Positions 35,290 to 48,630 of a stretch of 64,000 bases of DNA are shown piece after piece. Made by a program: the position numbers and the translations under genes. The notes beneath the pieces were generated by a model. It was not told the origin of the DNA and searched no databases. It saw only the letters and a program-made list of their open reading frames with translations. This DNA comes from Octopus sinensis (Eukaryota), in contig NC_043013.1 of the NCBI RefSeq assembly GCF_006345805.1, positions 40,300,001 to 40,364,000 on the forward strand, read 5' to 3'. Every line of letters begins with the position of its first letter. Within the stretch, counting starts at the first letter, position 1.

Positions 35290-36500
35290 ATGTGCATGAA
35301 GAAGGGTTTGTTGATATATGATTGTGTCTTATTGCAGTGGGTAGTCTAATGTGACGATGTGTAGGGAAGTTAAACATGAGTAAAGGGTGATATACTCCGC
35401 ATGAGATTGTGTTTGTGAGAAATTTTGGAATTTTTGAAATAATTACTCTTTTCATAAGAATTTTGCCAAGGTTAGTTTGGCTTACCAACTCGCCGCCTTT
35501 GGGAAGGGACAATATTAGTACAGATTTTTGAACTGGCTCAAAGAAAACCATACTGGCAGTTACTGAGGTGGGGGTGGGGAGTGAGAATAAAAGAGGTGAT
35601 TACTTACAATTGTTTCTCAACTTGCAGATGTTATTGGGTGAGGATATCTGGTGGACAGCTAGGTGAGATGTTTCCTTTTTTGTTTTTGTTTTGGGATTAG
35701 GACGTAATCTTATGTTTCCATAAGTTACATGTAGGTTTCCATAGATGTGTGTGTGTGTGTGTGGTGTGTGTGTGTGTGTGAATGTAAGGATAGGAGTTAG
35801 TTTGGAACTGTTTGAGAGTTGTTTTAACTTGAATATACATATAATTAGAAACAGACTCTATTAATAACTTGAGATAGACTTTTAACTAGAGTTGGCCGTT
35901 CAAATCATTGTCTGTATGTGTAGACATTTAATTATATAGCATTTAAAATTAGTCCCAACATCATTTGAATTTTTATCCTTCTACTGATTCAGACATGGGA
36001 CCGCGACTCTTCTGTGACATTACTTTCGAAGGTCTTAGGGTGATTATATCATCCCTAGTACTTTGATAAGTACTTGTTCAGTGGATTTTGTAAGATATGA
36101 AATACGAAGTAAACAATGGTATAAGGGGAGATAACTTGGATATAAGTATCGTGAGTTATTACTGTTCGCAGGTACAGTTCTTTGCTTACGGTAGCCTGGT
36201 TAGAAGAGAGATTGGGCGTGATTGGGGTGGAACTGGGAAGAGAAAAACTGAGAGTAGATGGGTATAGGTTGTAAGAGTGTTTAGGAGCCTGAAGGATGGG
36301 GAATGGATGAGGGTGTGTGTTAATGCAATGAATGGGAAACAAATGTTGAAGGGTGGGTAAAAGATGATAAGCCTTGTGAATGTATTTGATAGACGGAAAC
36401 TGCCCATAGATGGTGCCATAACTACATGAGGGAATGTAAACATAAGGGTCACTGCAAGGGATAATGTTGGTTACATTGATCCTTGCTTGACACCGTTGTG
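35290..36500 (-). mobile_element. Possible highly degenerate CR1-like LINE fragments
   Basis: Only weak motifs (SNCQYGF, KFLTN, VVMAPSMGSF). Tentative. Confidence 0.25.
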
Positions 36501-39500
36501 GCACAGTATGAGCAGGGGGTGAGCGTCATGGCAACTTTGAATGATGTGATCAAGTGGGCGACTGGACTAGCATGCAAGTTCTGATAATTTCGAAGCTCTT
36601 AAGTGCCTGAATGAGCTGAAAAGCTGAAAAAAGAAAGCAGATAACAGGAGATGCAGTAACTACAACAGCTGGCCCCAGAAGCTTCTGTTTTGCAGAGCAC
36701 CACCTGTCACAATAACAAAAGAAATTGTCTTGTTCTCACTACCAGATGCTGATTGCTAGGGATTCCTTCTCTTGCCTACAACCATAGTAGCACCCAATCA
36801 TCCTGTGATAACAAGAAAGTGAAGGTTGTCAGTAATGGAAAACTATTGAAGATTATGGGGTATGGGCGAGGGAGGAGAAAAAGACTTTCCCACCAAATAA
36901 AAGGTAACCCTAGAAGAAAGCATGTAAGGCATATAAAGAGAAGCCCATCTTTCCCTGAAATTATATGAAGTATATAATGAAGGACTGATTTGAATGACCT
37001 ACAAGATGCAGGGAAAGATGAAGTGCAAATTAAATAGGAAAGCTGGGTTTCAACTATATAGACTGACTATGCAAGTAATAGACGTTAATAAGAACCACTT
37101 TTTAAGAATATAAGGCTGAGGGTATCTTGGCATCACTCATCAAGACCTTTGTTAGCCACTCTCACACTTTGTCAGGCATTCTCACCTGCTTGAGAGTGAG
37201 TTACCCTCTCTATTTTTCATGTTAAATAATGTATATTTTTGAATTATTATGTCTCTATAAAGTTTGTGCTTAAAACCATATAATTAACTGTTGCAATGAG
37301 TCATTAGTGGGCAAGATTGGTGGTATGCCATCAGTAATCACGAATTATTTGAATGTCTTGCACTAACTGTTCATCATGAATTGTATATTTTTAGTTTCAA
37401 ACCCACAAGATACTAGGTATAATTTTACATTTTGATTCTTCACTTAGGATAAGTAAATCTCATACTTAATAGTAAAAAATTAGTCAATTGAGCACACCTT
37501 TAAATTGCTATGAAGAAGAATGGCATGAAATTTTATTTGGAATATTTTATGTAGATTTGGTGAAAGAAACATTTAAATACATAATTATAAGCAGGAAAAA
37601 CGCAAATTAGAGTAGCAATTTTCTATTTGATGCCTTCCAGGTAACCAACTGCTTTATGACATATTTAACAGGTAACTTTGTTACATTTTGAAGTTCAATT
37701 CATCTAGTGAAAAATGTTATTTCTACAAACTCAGTCATTCAATGAAAACAAAACAAATGATAATATTTAAATTGTTTTATTAAACATCTTTTACCATGTC
37801 ATTTGAAATTTTTAAAGCTGAAAACATGCGTTCCACTGTGAAAGTTTTTGAAATAAAATTTTTTAATTTATAAACATAATTTATATAACTATTATTGAAT
37901 CAAAATAATCAGAGTACAGATTTAGTATTTTGTATCAGGTCTTTTCTAATTGAATATAAATTAGTTTGGAGTTTTAAAAAATATGTGTTCTATAGTAAGA
38001 AAAGCTATTGCATATTTGCAATATTTGACTAGTTATATTTAACACTTTCATTTGAATTTAAACTATACTTTAAAGTAGATTTACTGTCATTATGTGCTAA
38101 AAAAGTAGAAAAAAATGATTAATTTTTATAAATAATGCAAGTATTATAAAGTGAGGTATTACAAAAACGTTGGAAGTATATGTTTTTAATAATTCAGGTT
38201 TGATGTTGCCATGAAGAACATTGTAGAATAATTTTTCTTTGAATGCCATAAGCTATGATTCATTCAGATACTTTTAGATTAGATTCTGTATGATGTTATG
38301 ATGTATAATTCTGTTGCAGTGTACATAATTTTAATGACTGTTTTTTCAAGTTGGGCTGCAGGTACTTACAATATAGTATATCTTCATGTGTCTTATTCCA
38401 TGGTCACTCCATATGCGAGGCTCAGCTTCGAAATCTCAATTGTTCTTGTATCTATTTTCTTTTTTTTCTTGCCTGAACTTTGTTGAGATATTTTTGTTCA
38501 TTACCTTATTGTGGCCTTTGTGTTATTAATTATTGTACCTTTTGAATAATAGTTGCTTGTGTACAATAAACAATTATATCATCAGTTAAATTCAATTTAA
38601 GTAACACAGTACTTTATCAGTGTTACTATTTTATGTTCTAGTTTAATTTGGTAGCAAAGCAGATAAGAACAGAAAGAAAATGACTTGATGGCAGATCACA
38701 TTGAATTGACTGGAAACTAATGATATTTTAATGGTATATAGAACTAAGACTGATGCCTTTTAAAATGAAAATAGAATAATGAGAAAATGCATGATTTGGA
38801 TTAACAAGCCTGTTATAAATTGTATCTTGTTCTAATAGTTAAAATGTCTTTGTGATGATGTTGTATTGGTATTATTCAAGGTAGTCATTGATTTGTTAAA
38901 AATTTTTAGAAAGTGTTTTGCACATGTACAAATCTTTTTATGGTAAAGATAATGATAGTAAAAAGAAACATATTAGAATGTTGGTGTTGTGACAACATTG
39001 TCTTTTTCTTTTTATATTTTTGTCCTGTGAAGATTCTGGGAAGGTTTCACTTGGTGTTCAATAGAGACTTGAATGTAATATTGTAAGGCCATGGACTTGT
39101 CAATACTGTATGTAACTCTGTGCTTTACTGATCTTCTGGTAGCAAAGTGGATCTTGGATACCATGAAGCTGGACACAAATTTGCCTTTGTTAAGAACATT
39201 GAAGCTTCTGTCTATGTACCAAATCTCCTAAAATTTGTTACAGTATCAAATATTACAAATTCTTTGCTGCTCATTTATTTGGTTATCCATCATTAAATAT
39301 GTCCATATGGTTTTTCATAACCATCAAATTCTTGTATTTTTTATGGCTTGCTGTGTCTTGGATCATTTCTTAACTGTTTGTTTTATTATGGTAGACTTAT
39401 ATTTTATGATTTTGGAAATATAAATCCTTAGGAGAGTGAAAATGTTTACAGTTCTTAATGGTACAAATTTCACTATAATTGACTTCACATATTTGATGTC

Positions 39501-39729
39501 TTCTGATCAAAGTTTTTATAATATAACTGTACCTTCAATTACTTTTCATAAAGTTTAGGTTATCTTTTATTAATGAATATATTTGCATTCTATTTGGTAA
39601 AATAGAAGCATAGAAAAGTTTGTTGTTGAGCAATATTTTCTATTTAGTTCTGTGGTTTAACTCCCTTCAAACTGGCAACAACAAACATCTGTCAAAAAGT
39701 TTCAATTCTTATTTGTAAACAGAGATTTC

Positions 39730-39732
<3 letters not shown>

Positions 39733-39817
<85 letters not shown>

Positions 39818-39835
39818 TGCATGTGTGTGTGTGTG
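39733..39835. repeat. (GT)n/(GTGC)n microsatellite
   Basis: Direct reading. Confidence 0.97.
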
Positions 39836-40717
39836 CGATGCAATCAAGGTTTTAAATGAACATTAGAAAAACTATATGAATTATTTTATTGCAGGTACTT
39901 TCTCTTATATTAGCTATAAACATTGATCTGTTGATGATTGTATATTTGAAAATTACAAATATTCAAGAAAGCAAGCAGTAAAAGAAAAACAAAGCCAAAA
40001 TGGAAAAAAACAACTCCTATCCAAATAAAAACCAAAACGAAAAGGAAGAACAAAAATAATTAAGTTTTCATGCTTAGAAACTAAAAAGAAAAAATAAGAA
40101 CAAGAAAAAACCCCCAACTCCAAACTGATTTATCATCAATTCAACAAAATGCCAAATTGGCAAATTGGCGGCTTAGATTAATTTGAATTAAATTAGTAAA
40201 ATATAAATAATTTTTAATAGTAATCATTTTAAGTTACTGATTTTTTTGTATTATTTACTAAAAAATGACAGATGAATATTTTTAGAATACAAAGTCAGAT
40301 ATGTCTTGGAAATTATGGCTAAATCTTTATTAATTTGCAATTAAGCAAGCTACATTGCCAGTGACTATTAATGTAGTACAATATTGTTATCATCAGTAGC
40401 ATCACTACACTTTCATAGTCTTTCAAAATGACTAAAAGATCATAAAATTATTCTATTTGAAGATAACAACAATATTGTACTACAAAAATATACTCAGCAA
40501 GTAGAGTTAAAAAAATAACAAAACAGAATTCTGATCAACTTGATCAGAAATACTTATGAAAGTTGAATGTGAAGGTTATTAAATGGAAAGACAATAATAT
40601 TTAATAAATTTTAAAATATTTAATTAGGGTAAAAATAAATTAGGTGTGAACAGAAAATTTTTTAAGAAAAACAAGTAACTAAAATCTTTAAACTTTCACA
40701 GTGGAACGTTTAGGCTA

Positions 40718-40736
40718 TAATAATAAAAATAACAAC

Positions 40737-40776
<40 letters not shown>

Positions 40777-40812
40777 TAATAATAATAATAATATTAATAA
40801 TAATAATAATAT
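40718..40812. repeat. (AAT)n microsatellite
   Basis: Direct reading. Confidence 0.97.
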
Positions 40813-41296
40813 GAAATAAAAAATATAACATTTAATTTTTAAAGGTTTATAATTTTGTTGTTAAGAAGTTTAATTTATAAAACTTGTGTAGAGTGTTGAT
40901 GTTTATAGTATGTGTTGTGTGTGTGTGTGTGTGTTTGCATGTATGCATAAATGTGTACTCAGGAAAATGTACTTCACGAATATACATAGATTTTGCGAGT
41001 TTATATGATCCCTAAGTCAAATCTATAAAATAACAATTTGAGTAATTATGTTAATAAAGAAATTCAAATGTATTTAGAATCATTTAAAGCATGTTTCCTT
41101 TGTGATTAGAACTATGGCAACTGATTGTTTTTCTAATTGCTTTAGACTTTCTAGTATTCAGCTGAATAACTTCAGGCATCAAAAGTAAATATTTTTGTGT
41201 GTGTTGTATACTTTGTGTGTGCGTGTGTGTGGATACAACAATCTTTAAAAATGTATTCTCAGTCAAATTATTTAATACAGAAGTTATTTTTGATAT

Positions 41297-41301
<5 letters not shown>

Positions 41302-41352
<51 letters not shown>
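41302..41352. repeat. (AT)n microsatellite
   Basis: Direct reading. Confidence 0.97.
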
Positions 41353-41355
<3 letters not shown>

Positions 41356-42025
41356 GTCTTTTTATGCTTATTTTATTTTGAGTATTCTGTAACAATTGTT
41401 TTGCTTTCAGTAATAGATTAAATATTCTTAATAGTTTTTGTCATTTTGTAAAATTTTAAATATATGTAGAAAAGAGATTAATCCTTAAAACCACAGCGTT
41501 TAAAATGAAATTCACATCTTTTATTTGCATTTGCAATCATTTTGTAGTTGGTATTTTAATATTTTTTAAACAAAATATTAAAAAAAGGAATATATCTTGC
41601 ATTTAGAACATTACCACCCCTAAAAAAACAAACAATCAAAATAACACTTAAATTGCTCATCATAAAAGAAGCTTAAATAAACAATATAGCAGCATGATAT
41701 ATCAAGTAGGTTAAGAATAGAAAATATTTTGTACTTACGTTTCAGTAATAGAAATTAATCAGATCTTTTATTTTATGAAACACATACTTATGAATTATAG
41801 TTGCACAAAAAAAAGCAAAGACAAAAACAAAACAAAAAAAACTATTAACTGCTTTTCCTGTTTGTTTTTGATCCACAAACGAGCCCACCCACTCAAAAAA
41901 AAAAAAAAAAGAAAAGAAAAGAAAGAAAAGCCCAAAAGAAACTGTTAAGTTATTTAGCTGAAACACATAGATATTCCATTAACATATAAATATTGCTAGA
42001 TATTTCCTCAACTTAAAGGTTATTT

Positions 42026-42031
42026 TTTATT
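42026..42031 (-). promoter_or_regulatory. Candidate polyadenylation signal of the mucin-vWA gene
   Basis: AATAAA on the minus strand about 100 nt past the stop at 42128. The context is AT-rich, so it could be chance. Confidence 0.35.
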
Positions 42032-42127
42032 ATGAGACCAAAACATTGAATTACCAATGCTTTTTTAAATTTGAAATCTGACAATTAGCCAAATGTTTGA
42101 GTCTATATTCTTTTGTTAGAAATTTTT

Positions 42128-42711
42128 TTAATATGCAGGAGCATTAGTCTTTTTGAATGTAATGGGTTTATATTGATTTGACAGCAATCGGAACTGGTAG
42201 GGAGTGTTCAAAGCCCTGTTTAGTAGTTGCCGATAGGATGGAGCATGGACAATATGCAACTGACTTGGTTCGCTACTAAGCAATTCTAGAGTTCCTTGTT
42301 TTGGCCATTTGCTGATTCCAATATTTAATAAAAATACTCTTGCACGAGATTTTTTCAATTGCCTAACTGCTTTGATTAAAGGCATTGTAAGACTTGTCTC
42401 GAGAGGGTCAACAAACAGTACAACGACTGGTGGTATATCTCCATTACCCAAGTTATGTTCTTGTACAGAAGTAGAAGATAGGTCGTTCTTGATTTTATCC
42501 ACTATATCTGCCAAGTCTGGTATGTGTGGCTCTCTCCGATCAGAATCATGTTTGGATAGTGGGAAATTTACGTGCAAGGGCCTTTTACTCCATGAAACAA
42601 TACTATAATGACTGTAACCAGAATATGGCATGAAGGCATTGATGAATTTGTGAATAAATGAGGCTCGGCGTGTGCCTAGTGATAGTAGGTCAAATCCAAA
42701 AATTATTGAAC
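42128..42711 (-). CDS. Terminal exon encoding a divergent von Willebrand factor A (vWA)-like domain
   Basis: Acceptor tgtactttttcAG at 42713-12, phase 1. Pattern SIIFGFDLLSLG / PVVVLFVDP / AVRQLKKSRARVFLLNIG / LELLSSEPSQLHIVHAPSYRQL parallels the vWA beta1, beta4, alpha-beta5 and C-terminal elements. Phase matches the mucin exon donor. Confidence 0.75.
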
Positions 42712-43109
42712 CTGAAAAAGTACAAAAGATAGAAATATTGTATGAATTTAGCATGACGATAATGTTGCAGAGGAAAAAGAGTTTTAACATGTAAGTACAA
42801 ATGAAAATTTCTTTATTGCTATCATAATATCTGTTTAAAGTGAACTGAACATAAGATTTTGTAAATTCTGTAGTGTTCAGTGAAAAAGTTACCACTCCAG
42901 TATGTATGTATATTCATACACAGATATGCATGTATGTGTGCATGTAGCTATATGTATATGTGTGTACATGTATATATGTATATGTGTGTTACGGAGAGGG
43001 TCATATCCCAACTCATTATGAAGAGAGTTAATCTAGATGAGATGCAGTTTGGTTTTGTACCAGGGAGAAGCACCACTGATGCTTCGCTGCAATACCTCAC
43101 TGCTTAGAG

Positions 43110-44160
43110 CACACTGGGATGGCCATATAGCTCTTAAGAGAAGTGAGAAAAGGTAAGGGAGATTTGGTGGGTTCTGCGGTTGGACCTTGCAAATACCTAT
43201 AGGTTCATGCCACGCAAGCTGATAGAGGAGGTTCTTCAAAGGCACCATGTCCCCAGGAAGATCACTGGCCTCATTCTGGATTACTACCATATCTTCCAGA
43301 TAAGAGTCACCTGTGTACCTACAGCATCTAAGTGGTACATACTGGAAAAGGTTACACCATCTCAGTAACTCTTTATGCCCTTGTCAAGAACATGCTGGTC
43401 AAGTTAGCAGAGGTAGAGTGTCAAGGACTCTGTATGAATCTGGTGTGCAACAGCCACCAATAAGAGCCTCTGTAGATGACCTAACAACAACAACAGTTGG
43501 TGTGATAACAGGAACATCTATTAAGGACTCAAGAAGCCCATTTCATGGACATGGATGAACTTCAGACTATCAAAATCAAGGTCTCTTGTGCTAAAGAAAG
43601 GAAAAATGGTAGAAAAGTTTTGCTTCATCTTTTCCAGCATTGCTTTCCTAATCTCAACAGAACAAACAGTCAAGAGCTTGGGGGAAATCTTTTGACAGCA
43701 ACCTGAAGGACAGTTTCCATCCACAGAACTAACAAAAACATTGGGAAATAGCATTACAACTCCCATTCAGTGGACTCTCAGAGAAGTTTGTTGTGTGAAG
43801 AACAAGAGAAGCCACAAAGTACAGAGATTCCAGTGACATGAAAGTAGTAGTAACTGACATTGAAGTTTGCACAGGTAAGAAGTGGAGGGCTGTTAGAGAG
43901 TTGTAGGTGGCAGAAGTATGGTTGAAGCAGAGGGCTCTGGTTGGAACTGTTGAAAGCTCAGGCATGAATATTTCGTAACTCATCAGATTGGAAGTATTGC
44001 AGGAATAATGCAGTAACATCTGCTCCAAGATGTCTACATAAGTGTAGGAGAAGCATGTGCTAGCAGGGTGATAGGACTCAGCCAACAAGAAGCCTAGACA
44101 AGGTGGGCCAATATACTGCAGTAGAATGTTACCTGGTCTGATTTTTGGTGGACTGATATT
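43110..44160 (+). mobile_element. HERO/NeSL-like non-LTR retrotransposon RT and C-terminal fragments, preceded by a short RTE-like scrap (QFGFVPGRSTTDA, about 43020-43085)
   Basis: LDLANTYRFMPRKLIEEVLQRHHVP, PPIRASVDDLT, KSRSLVLKKGK, TVKSLG and TGKKWRA motifs across frameshifts. Confidence 0.7.
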
Positions 44161-44329
44161 GAGCATATCAGATTTCTGGTTCTGATTGTCTGCAATGCTT
44201 TACCAAATCCAACAAACATTCACTCATGAGTCAAGAGCGAAACTCCATCCTATCCCTTGTATATTAAAAGAGGGTCCCTTAACATTTCCTCTGTAGCTGC
44301 CCCAGTGAGCATAAAGATTAAAGTTTTAA

Positions 44330-44990
44330 TTGAGAAAAGTTTCCTGACATGGTGGACTGGAAGCTATCTAAATATTGGAAGAGAGTTACCTGTATTATGC
44401 TGATTCATGTTGGGTATCAAAATGCCAACATCATGACTGCCGCTCAGTGCTCTATGAACACTGTAAATGGTATAAGACATGACATGGACAGCTGTAAGGG
44501 AGACTACGAAGCTGTGGTCAACAAAAAGGGACACAGCAAGCTTTCTAACTGCCTGCATGCTGGAATTAATCTCCACATCTTTGAACAGAACCTTAGGCTC
44601 AATTCAGACGACTATGTGAAGATCCTGGAGACTGTAGTCAATCCCTGACTGAAATGAGTTGCTATTGGAAGGCCATATGTGTGGCAGTAGGATTTGGCTC
44701 CTTGCCATACCTCCAGAAAGAACCAGAAGTGGTTGTTGGAGAATTTCTATGGCTTTATCAGCCCCAATTTCTGGTCTCTCAACACTCCTGATTGTACTCC
44801 TATGGATTACTATCTATGGGGTACAATTGAGAAAGAGAAACCAACCTTTCTGCCTGCAACACAAAAGCCAAGTTGGTGGCCAAGATCAAGGAAGGGTTTG
44901 AAGATCTTCCCAAGGACACAGTGAGGAATGCACCAGCTTCTAGAGCTGGGTTGAAGCTGTGAACGGCTACTTTGAATAAACTGTTATCTC
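44330..44990 (+). mobile_element. Internally deleted DD37D (maT-type) Tc1/mariner derivative
   Basis: WQQDLAPCHT...NTPDCTPMDYYLWG with 37 residues between the two Asp. The N-terminus is fused to the catalytic part by a deletion. Ends not resolved. Confidence 0.75.
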
Positions 44991-45016
44991 ACAGCCATAA
45001 TCTAGTTAATATTTTT

Positions 45017-45065
45017 GATGTATATATGTATGTATGTATGCAATGTATGTATGTATGTATGTATG

Positions 45066-45099
<34 letters not shown>

Positions 45100-45132
45100 T
45101 GTATGTATGTATGTATGTATGTATGTATGTAT
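45017..45132. repeat. (ATGT)n microsatellite
   Basis: Direct reading. Confidence 0.97.
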
Positions 45133-45295
45133 GTCTGTTTGTCATTGGCTATTCTTCTTTCTCACTCCTACATGTTTTTCTTTATTCTGAAGAAGGACTG
45201 ATGTCTGAAATGTTAAGATACTTTCTCTTTGAACTGGGATAGATAACTTTTAAGTAATAAAGTTCTGTTTGAAGTTTCAATGACTGTCTTTTTAA

Positions 45296-46375
45296 CCCTT
45301 TCGTTACTATATTTCTGACCACCCCTTATGTGTTTCAATTAATTTCTAACATAATCATAAATTTAGTCTGGTTTCATTAAACAACTATAACTTTTTTTAT
45401 TTATTAATATATTAAAGTGATTTTTGGAAGATAATTTAATGAAATGTTCTCAACCAATTCTATACAATAATTTTTGTCACAAAGTGACTCTAATTGCAGG
45501 TAGATACAGGTAAATTCAACAAAATATAAAATTATTAAAATTTTGTTCAAACATTGCTATAGAAAATGGGTTATTAGCTAATATTCAATTGGGTATACAA
45601 CAAAATTTTATGATAGAATTTGTTATTCTGGGTAACTTTCTGATACCCATAATAATATTTATGGCAAAATAGTCTTAATTTCATTTAAGGTTGTGGGAAA
45701 CCACTAACTATCCTTTCTTTCGCTTTGTTTACATTTAGCATAACGGTTCATTTCCGCCGTAATGATTTCAAATAGGCTCATTCGAAAAAGTAAAAAGAAA
45801 TAGTCTAAGGCTTTACTCTCCTGGGAAAGTCTGTGGCTTGGTCCAGTTTCTTCAGAAAAATCATCGAAAGAAACAGTTTTTAAATTTTCACTCCATTCAG
45901 GTGCCAATTCATTTTCTTTATCGCTGTCAGAGCTCTCGGATTCACTGTTTTCACTTTCGGTAAATGAAACATCAGATTCATTATCAAATACCACGTGCTT
46001 TTTTTTTTCAGTCATAGAGTTAGATTTATGAAGGTGTTCAGTAGAAAATCCTTCGAATTCTGACACGCTGCTTGATATAATGAAATTTGTATCCATTTTT
46101 TGTCAGAATTACAAATTTTGAAAACACAATAGGAACAAATTTCGGAAAAAAATCTCCCAAAATTCACAGAATTAAAATTACACTTCGATTGTTGTACAAA
46201 ACTGTAGTTGAACTGTTTACGAAGTATAATACGTGTTTTCACGAATGTACTAAAGAGATTTGCTCTGATATTCTCATTTAAATATGAATAGGTAAATACG
46301 GGCGGGTTTGGGAGGTTTGGTCACATTAACCAAAATTTTTTTTGGGCGGCTTTGGGTGGTTTGGTAACGAAAGGG
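45296..46375 (-). mobile_element. Non-autonomous piggyBac element (1080 bp)
   Basis: TTAA at 45292-95 and 46376-79 with 12-bp perfect TIRs ccctttcgttac. A minus-strand remnant (46096-45704) has an acidic/Ser-rich N-terminus and TGP...LDYFFLLF...EMNRYA, typical of PGBD transposase N-termini. The catalytic domain is absent. Confidence 0.92.
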
Positions 46376-46689
46376 TTAAGGAATATCATAATTAGTTATA
46401 CCATATACAATAACTACCCAATGAAATAAGGTATGTCACACAATGCCACCTATCTTATGAATGTTGAAACAATATAACAACATTTATTCAGCGCAATCAA
46501 TACTCAATAAAATCACACAACACATACCCTGACATAAGTTTTGTCTGAAATTAATGAGATTAGAAATTACTATTATTACACACTGATTTATTCAGAATGT
46601 GTTACAACATTTTAGCTGTTGTATCACCCACCATCTTTAGGTGCCTGACATCCTGTAACATTCTTGTAATTTTGAACCAAATCCTTTAT

Positions 46690-46897
46690 TCTTTTCTTCT
46701 CTAGACACAAGGCCCAAATTCTTGGGGAGGGGGCTAGTCAATTAGATTGACACCAGTACACAACTGGTACTTAATTTATTGACCCTGAAAAGCAAAGTCA
46801 ACCTCAGCGGAATTTGAACTCAGAACGTAAAGACAGACGAAATAGCGCTAAGCATTTCACCCGGCATGCTAACGTTTCTGCCAGCTCACTGCCTTAA
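46690..46897 (-). mobile_element. SINE family B
   Basis: Same family as 31133-31348. Confidence 0.88.
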
Positions 46898-47949
46898 CAA
46901 ACCCTTTATTCAAATCACAATGGTAAACTTATTACTCTGTTATTAGTGCCTGGGATATTCTTGTATTAGTTATTCTCATACTTGTAATGTCACTTGTTTG
47001 TTCAAGTTAAACCAGACTGCATGTTGGTTCACTGACCCATTGATTGAACTCATGCTCACTATATGTTACCTGCAATACTTAGAATATTGCAGTTTATCTT
47101 ATATATCATAAAATGTGATGTGTTTCCTGTTGGTCCTGCCGGTAGAGGGAAACTAAAACAACAAACAGGGCAGGAGTGAAGGATAGTCAAAGATGCTAAA
47201 TGCAAGCAAACTCTTGTGAGAAGCTTTACGCTGAAGTCATTTTGGAAATATTTACTTAAAAAATTTTTCCATACATACACAAATATCAATATATATGAAA
47301 TCAAAAATTACTCTCTATTATCAAAATATCATTCATGTAAAACACACACACACACACACACTTATATACATGCATTAATGTATTTGTAAATATTCGTGTG
47401 TTTATGAGGAATCAATTCCATAGAGTGGCTATAAGAGTAGATATAGAGGCAATTATGTGGATAAATGAATTAAATATAACAGCTTGGGTTTGATATACAA
47501 AATATGTATATATGCATACATGCAGAGAGAAAGCAAAAGACTGAACACTTTCAGATGAATATTTAAGAATAATTATATAGATATTTATATCAATAGATAA
47601 AACTTACACAGAGTACAAACAGCAGAGAAAGGTAAGGTGTTATGGGTCCAACAGCTGTTTCTAGAGCCATAGATATATAAATAGATATATAAAGTCTTGT
47701 TTTCTCTCTGCATGTATGCATATATACGTATTTTGTATATCAAACCCAAGCTGTTATTATTTAATATAATGTGGGTAGATGTAGTTCACAACAACATGCA
47801 GCCAGTAATGAAGCAAATAAACATTGGGTGAATCAATTTATCTTAGATATCATAAGTTAGTTTATATGCATAATTGTCTCCATATTTGCTCACCTTGATT
47901 CCTCTTTATAGCCACTCTTTACCTTGCTAAGTATCCAAGTATATATGTA

Positions 47950-47983
<34 letters not shown>

Positions 47984-48032
<49 letters not shown>

Positions 48033-48180
48033 TGTGTGTGTGTATGTGTGTGTGTGTGTGTGTGGCTTGCTCACTTAGCCAGCGGGGTGGCATCATTCGA
48101 AGGCTAAAACAATGCGAACGCATTGTGACCAGCAATGTATAACAACATCTGATGGTCTGGTCGGTCACGTGATCACGTGA
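47984..48180 (+). mobile_element. (GT)n tract followed by the 3' half of SINE family C (48065-48180)
   Basis: Matches 5408-5515. Confidence 0.85.
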
Positions 48181-48261
48181 TATATATATGCATGTATGTA
48201 TGTATGTATGTATGTATGTATGTATGTATGTGTGTATATGTTTTCATGAAAAGACCTAACC

Positions 48262-48630
48262 ATGAATGGTAGGGAGAATGTTAGAGGGAAGATGTCGGAG
48301 CCCATTTCAATACAAAATGGAGTGAAACAGGGGGATATTCTGGCACCGACCCTATTTTCCATATATTTCGTGATGGTGTTCTGTATTGCATTCAGAAACT
48401 GTAGATATGGTGTTTACGTCCATTATCGAACCTCTAGCAGCATATTTAATATCAGGCCCCTTGCTGCAAAAACAAAGACATTTACCTCTATCATAAGAGA
48501 CCTTTTGTATGCTGATGATTGTGAGCTAGTAGCACACACAGAGATTGATATGCAACACATTTTGAATGCATTTTCTGATGCTTGCACTGCCTTAGGATTG
48601 ACAGTCAATCTCAAGAAAACTGTTGTCAGG
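48262..48630 (+). mobile_element. RTE-clade LINE reverse-transcriptase fragment
   Basis: NGVKQGDILAPTLFSIYF, YRTSSSIFNIR, RDLLYADDCELVAH and GLTVNLKKT. Confidence 0.9.

Noticed and set aside
43966-43986. Minus-strand CTGATGA GTTAC GAAA read as a hammerhead
   Set aside because: No compatible stem III, NUH triplet or stem I, and it lies within LINE coding remnants.
47059-47304. 81-aa minus-strand ORF read as an independent gene
   Set aside because: No family signal; only the 66-nt splice-bounded part is kept as a tentative exon.
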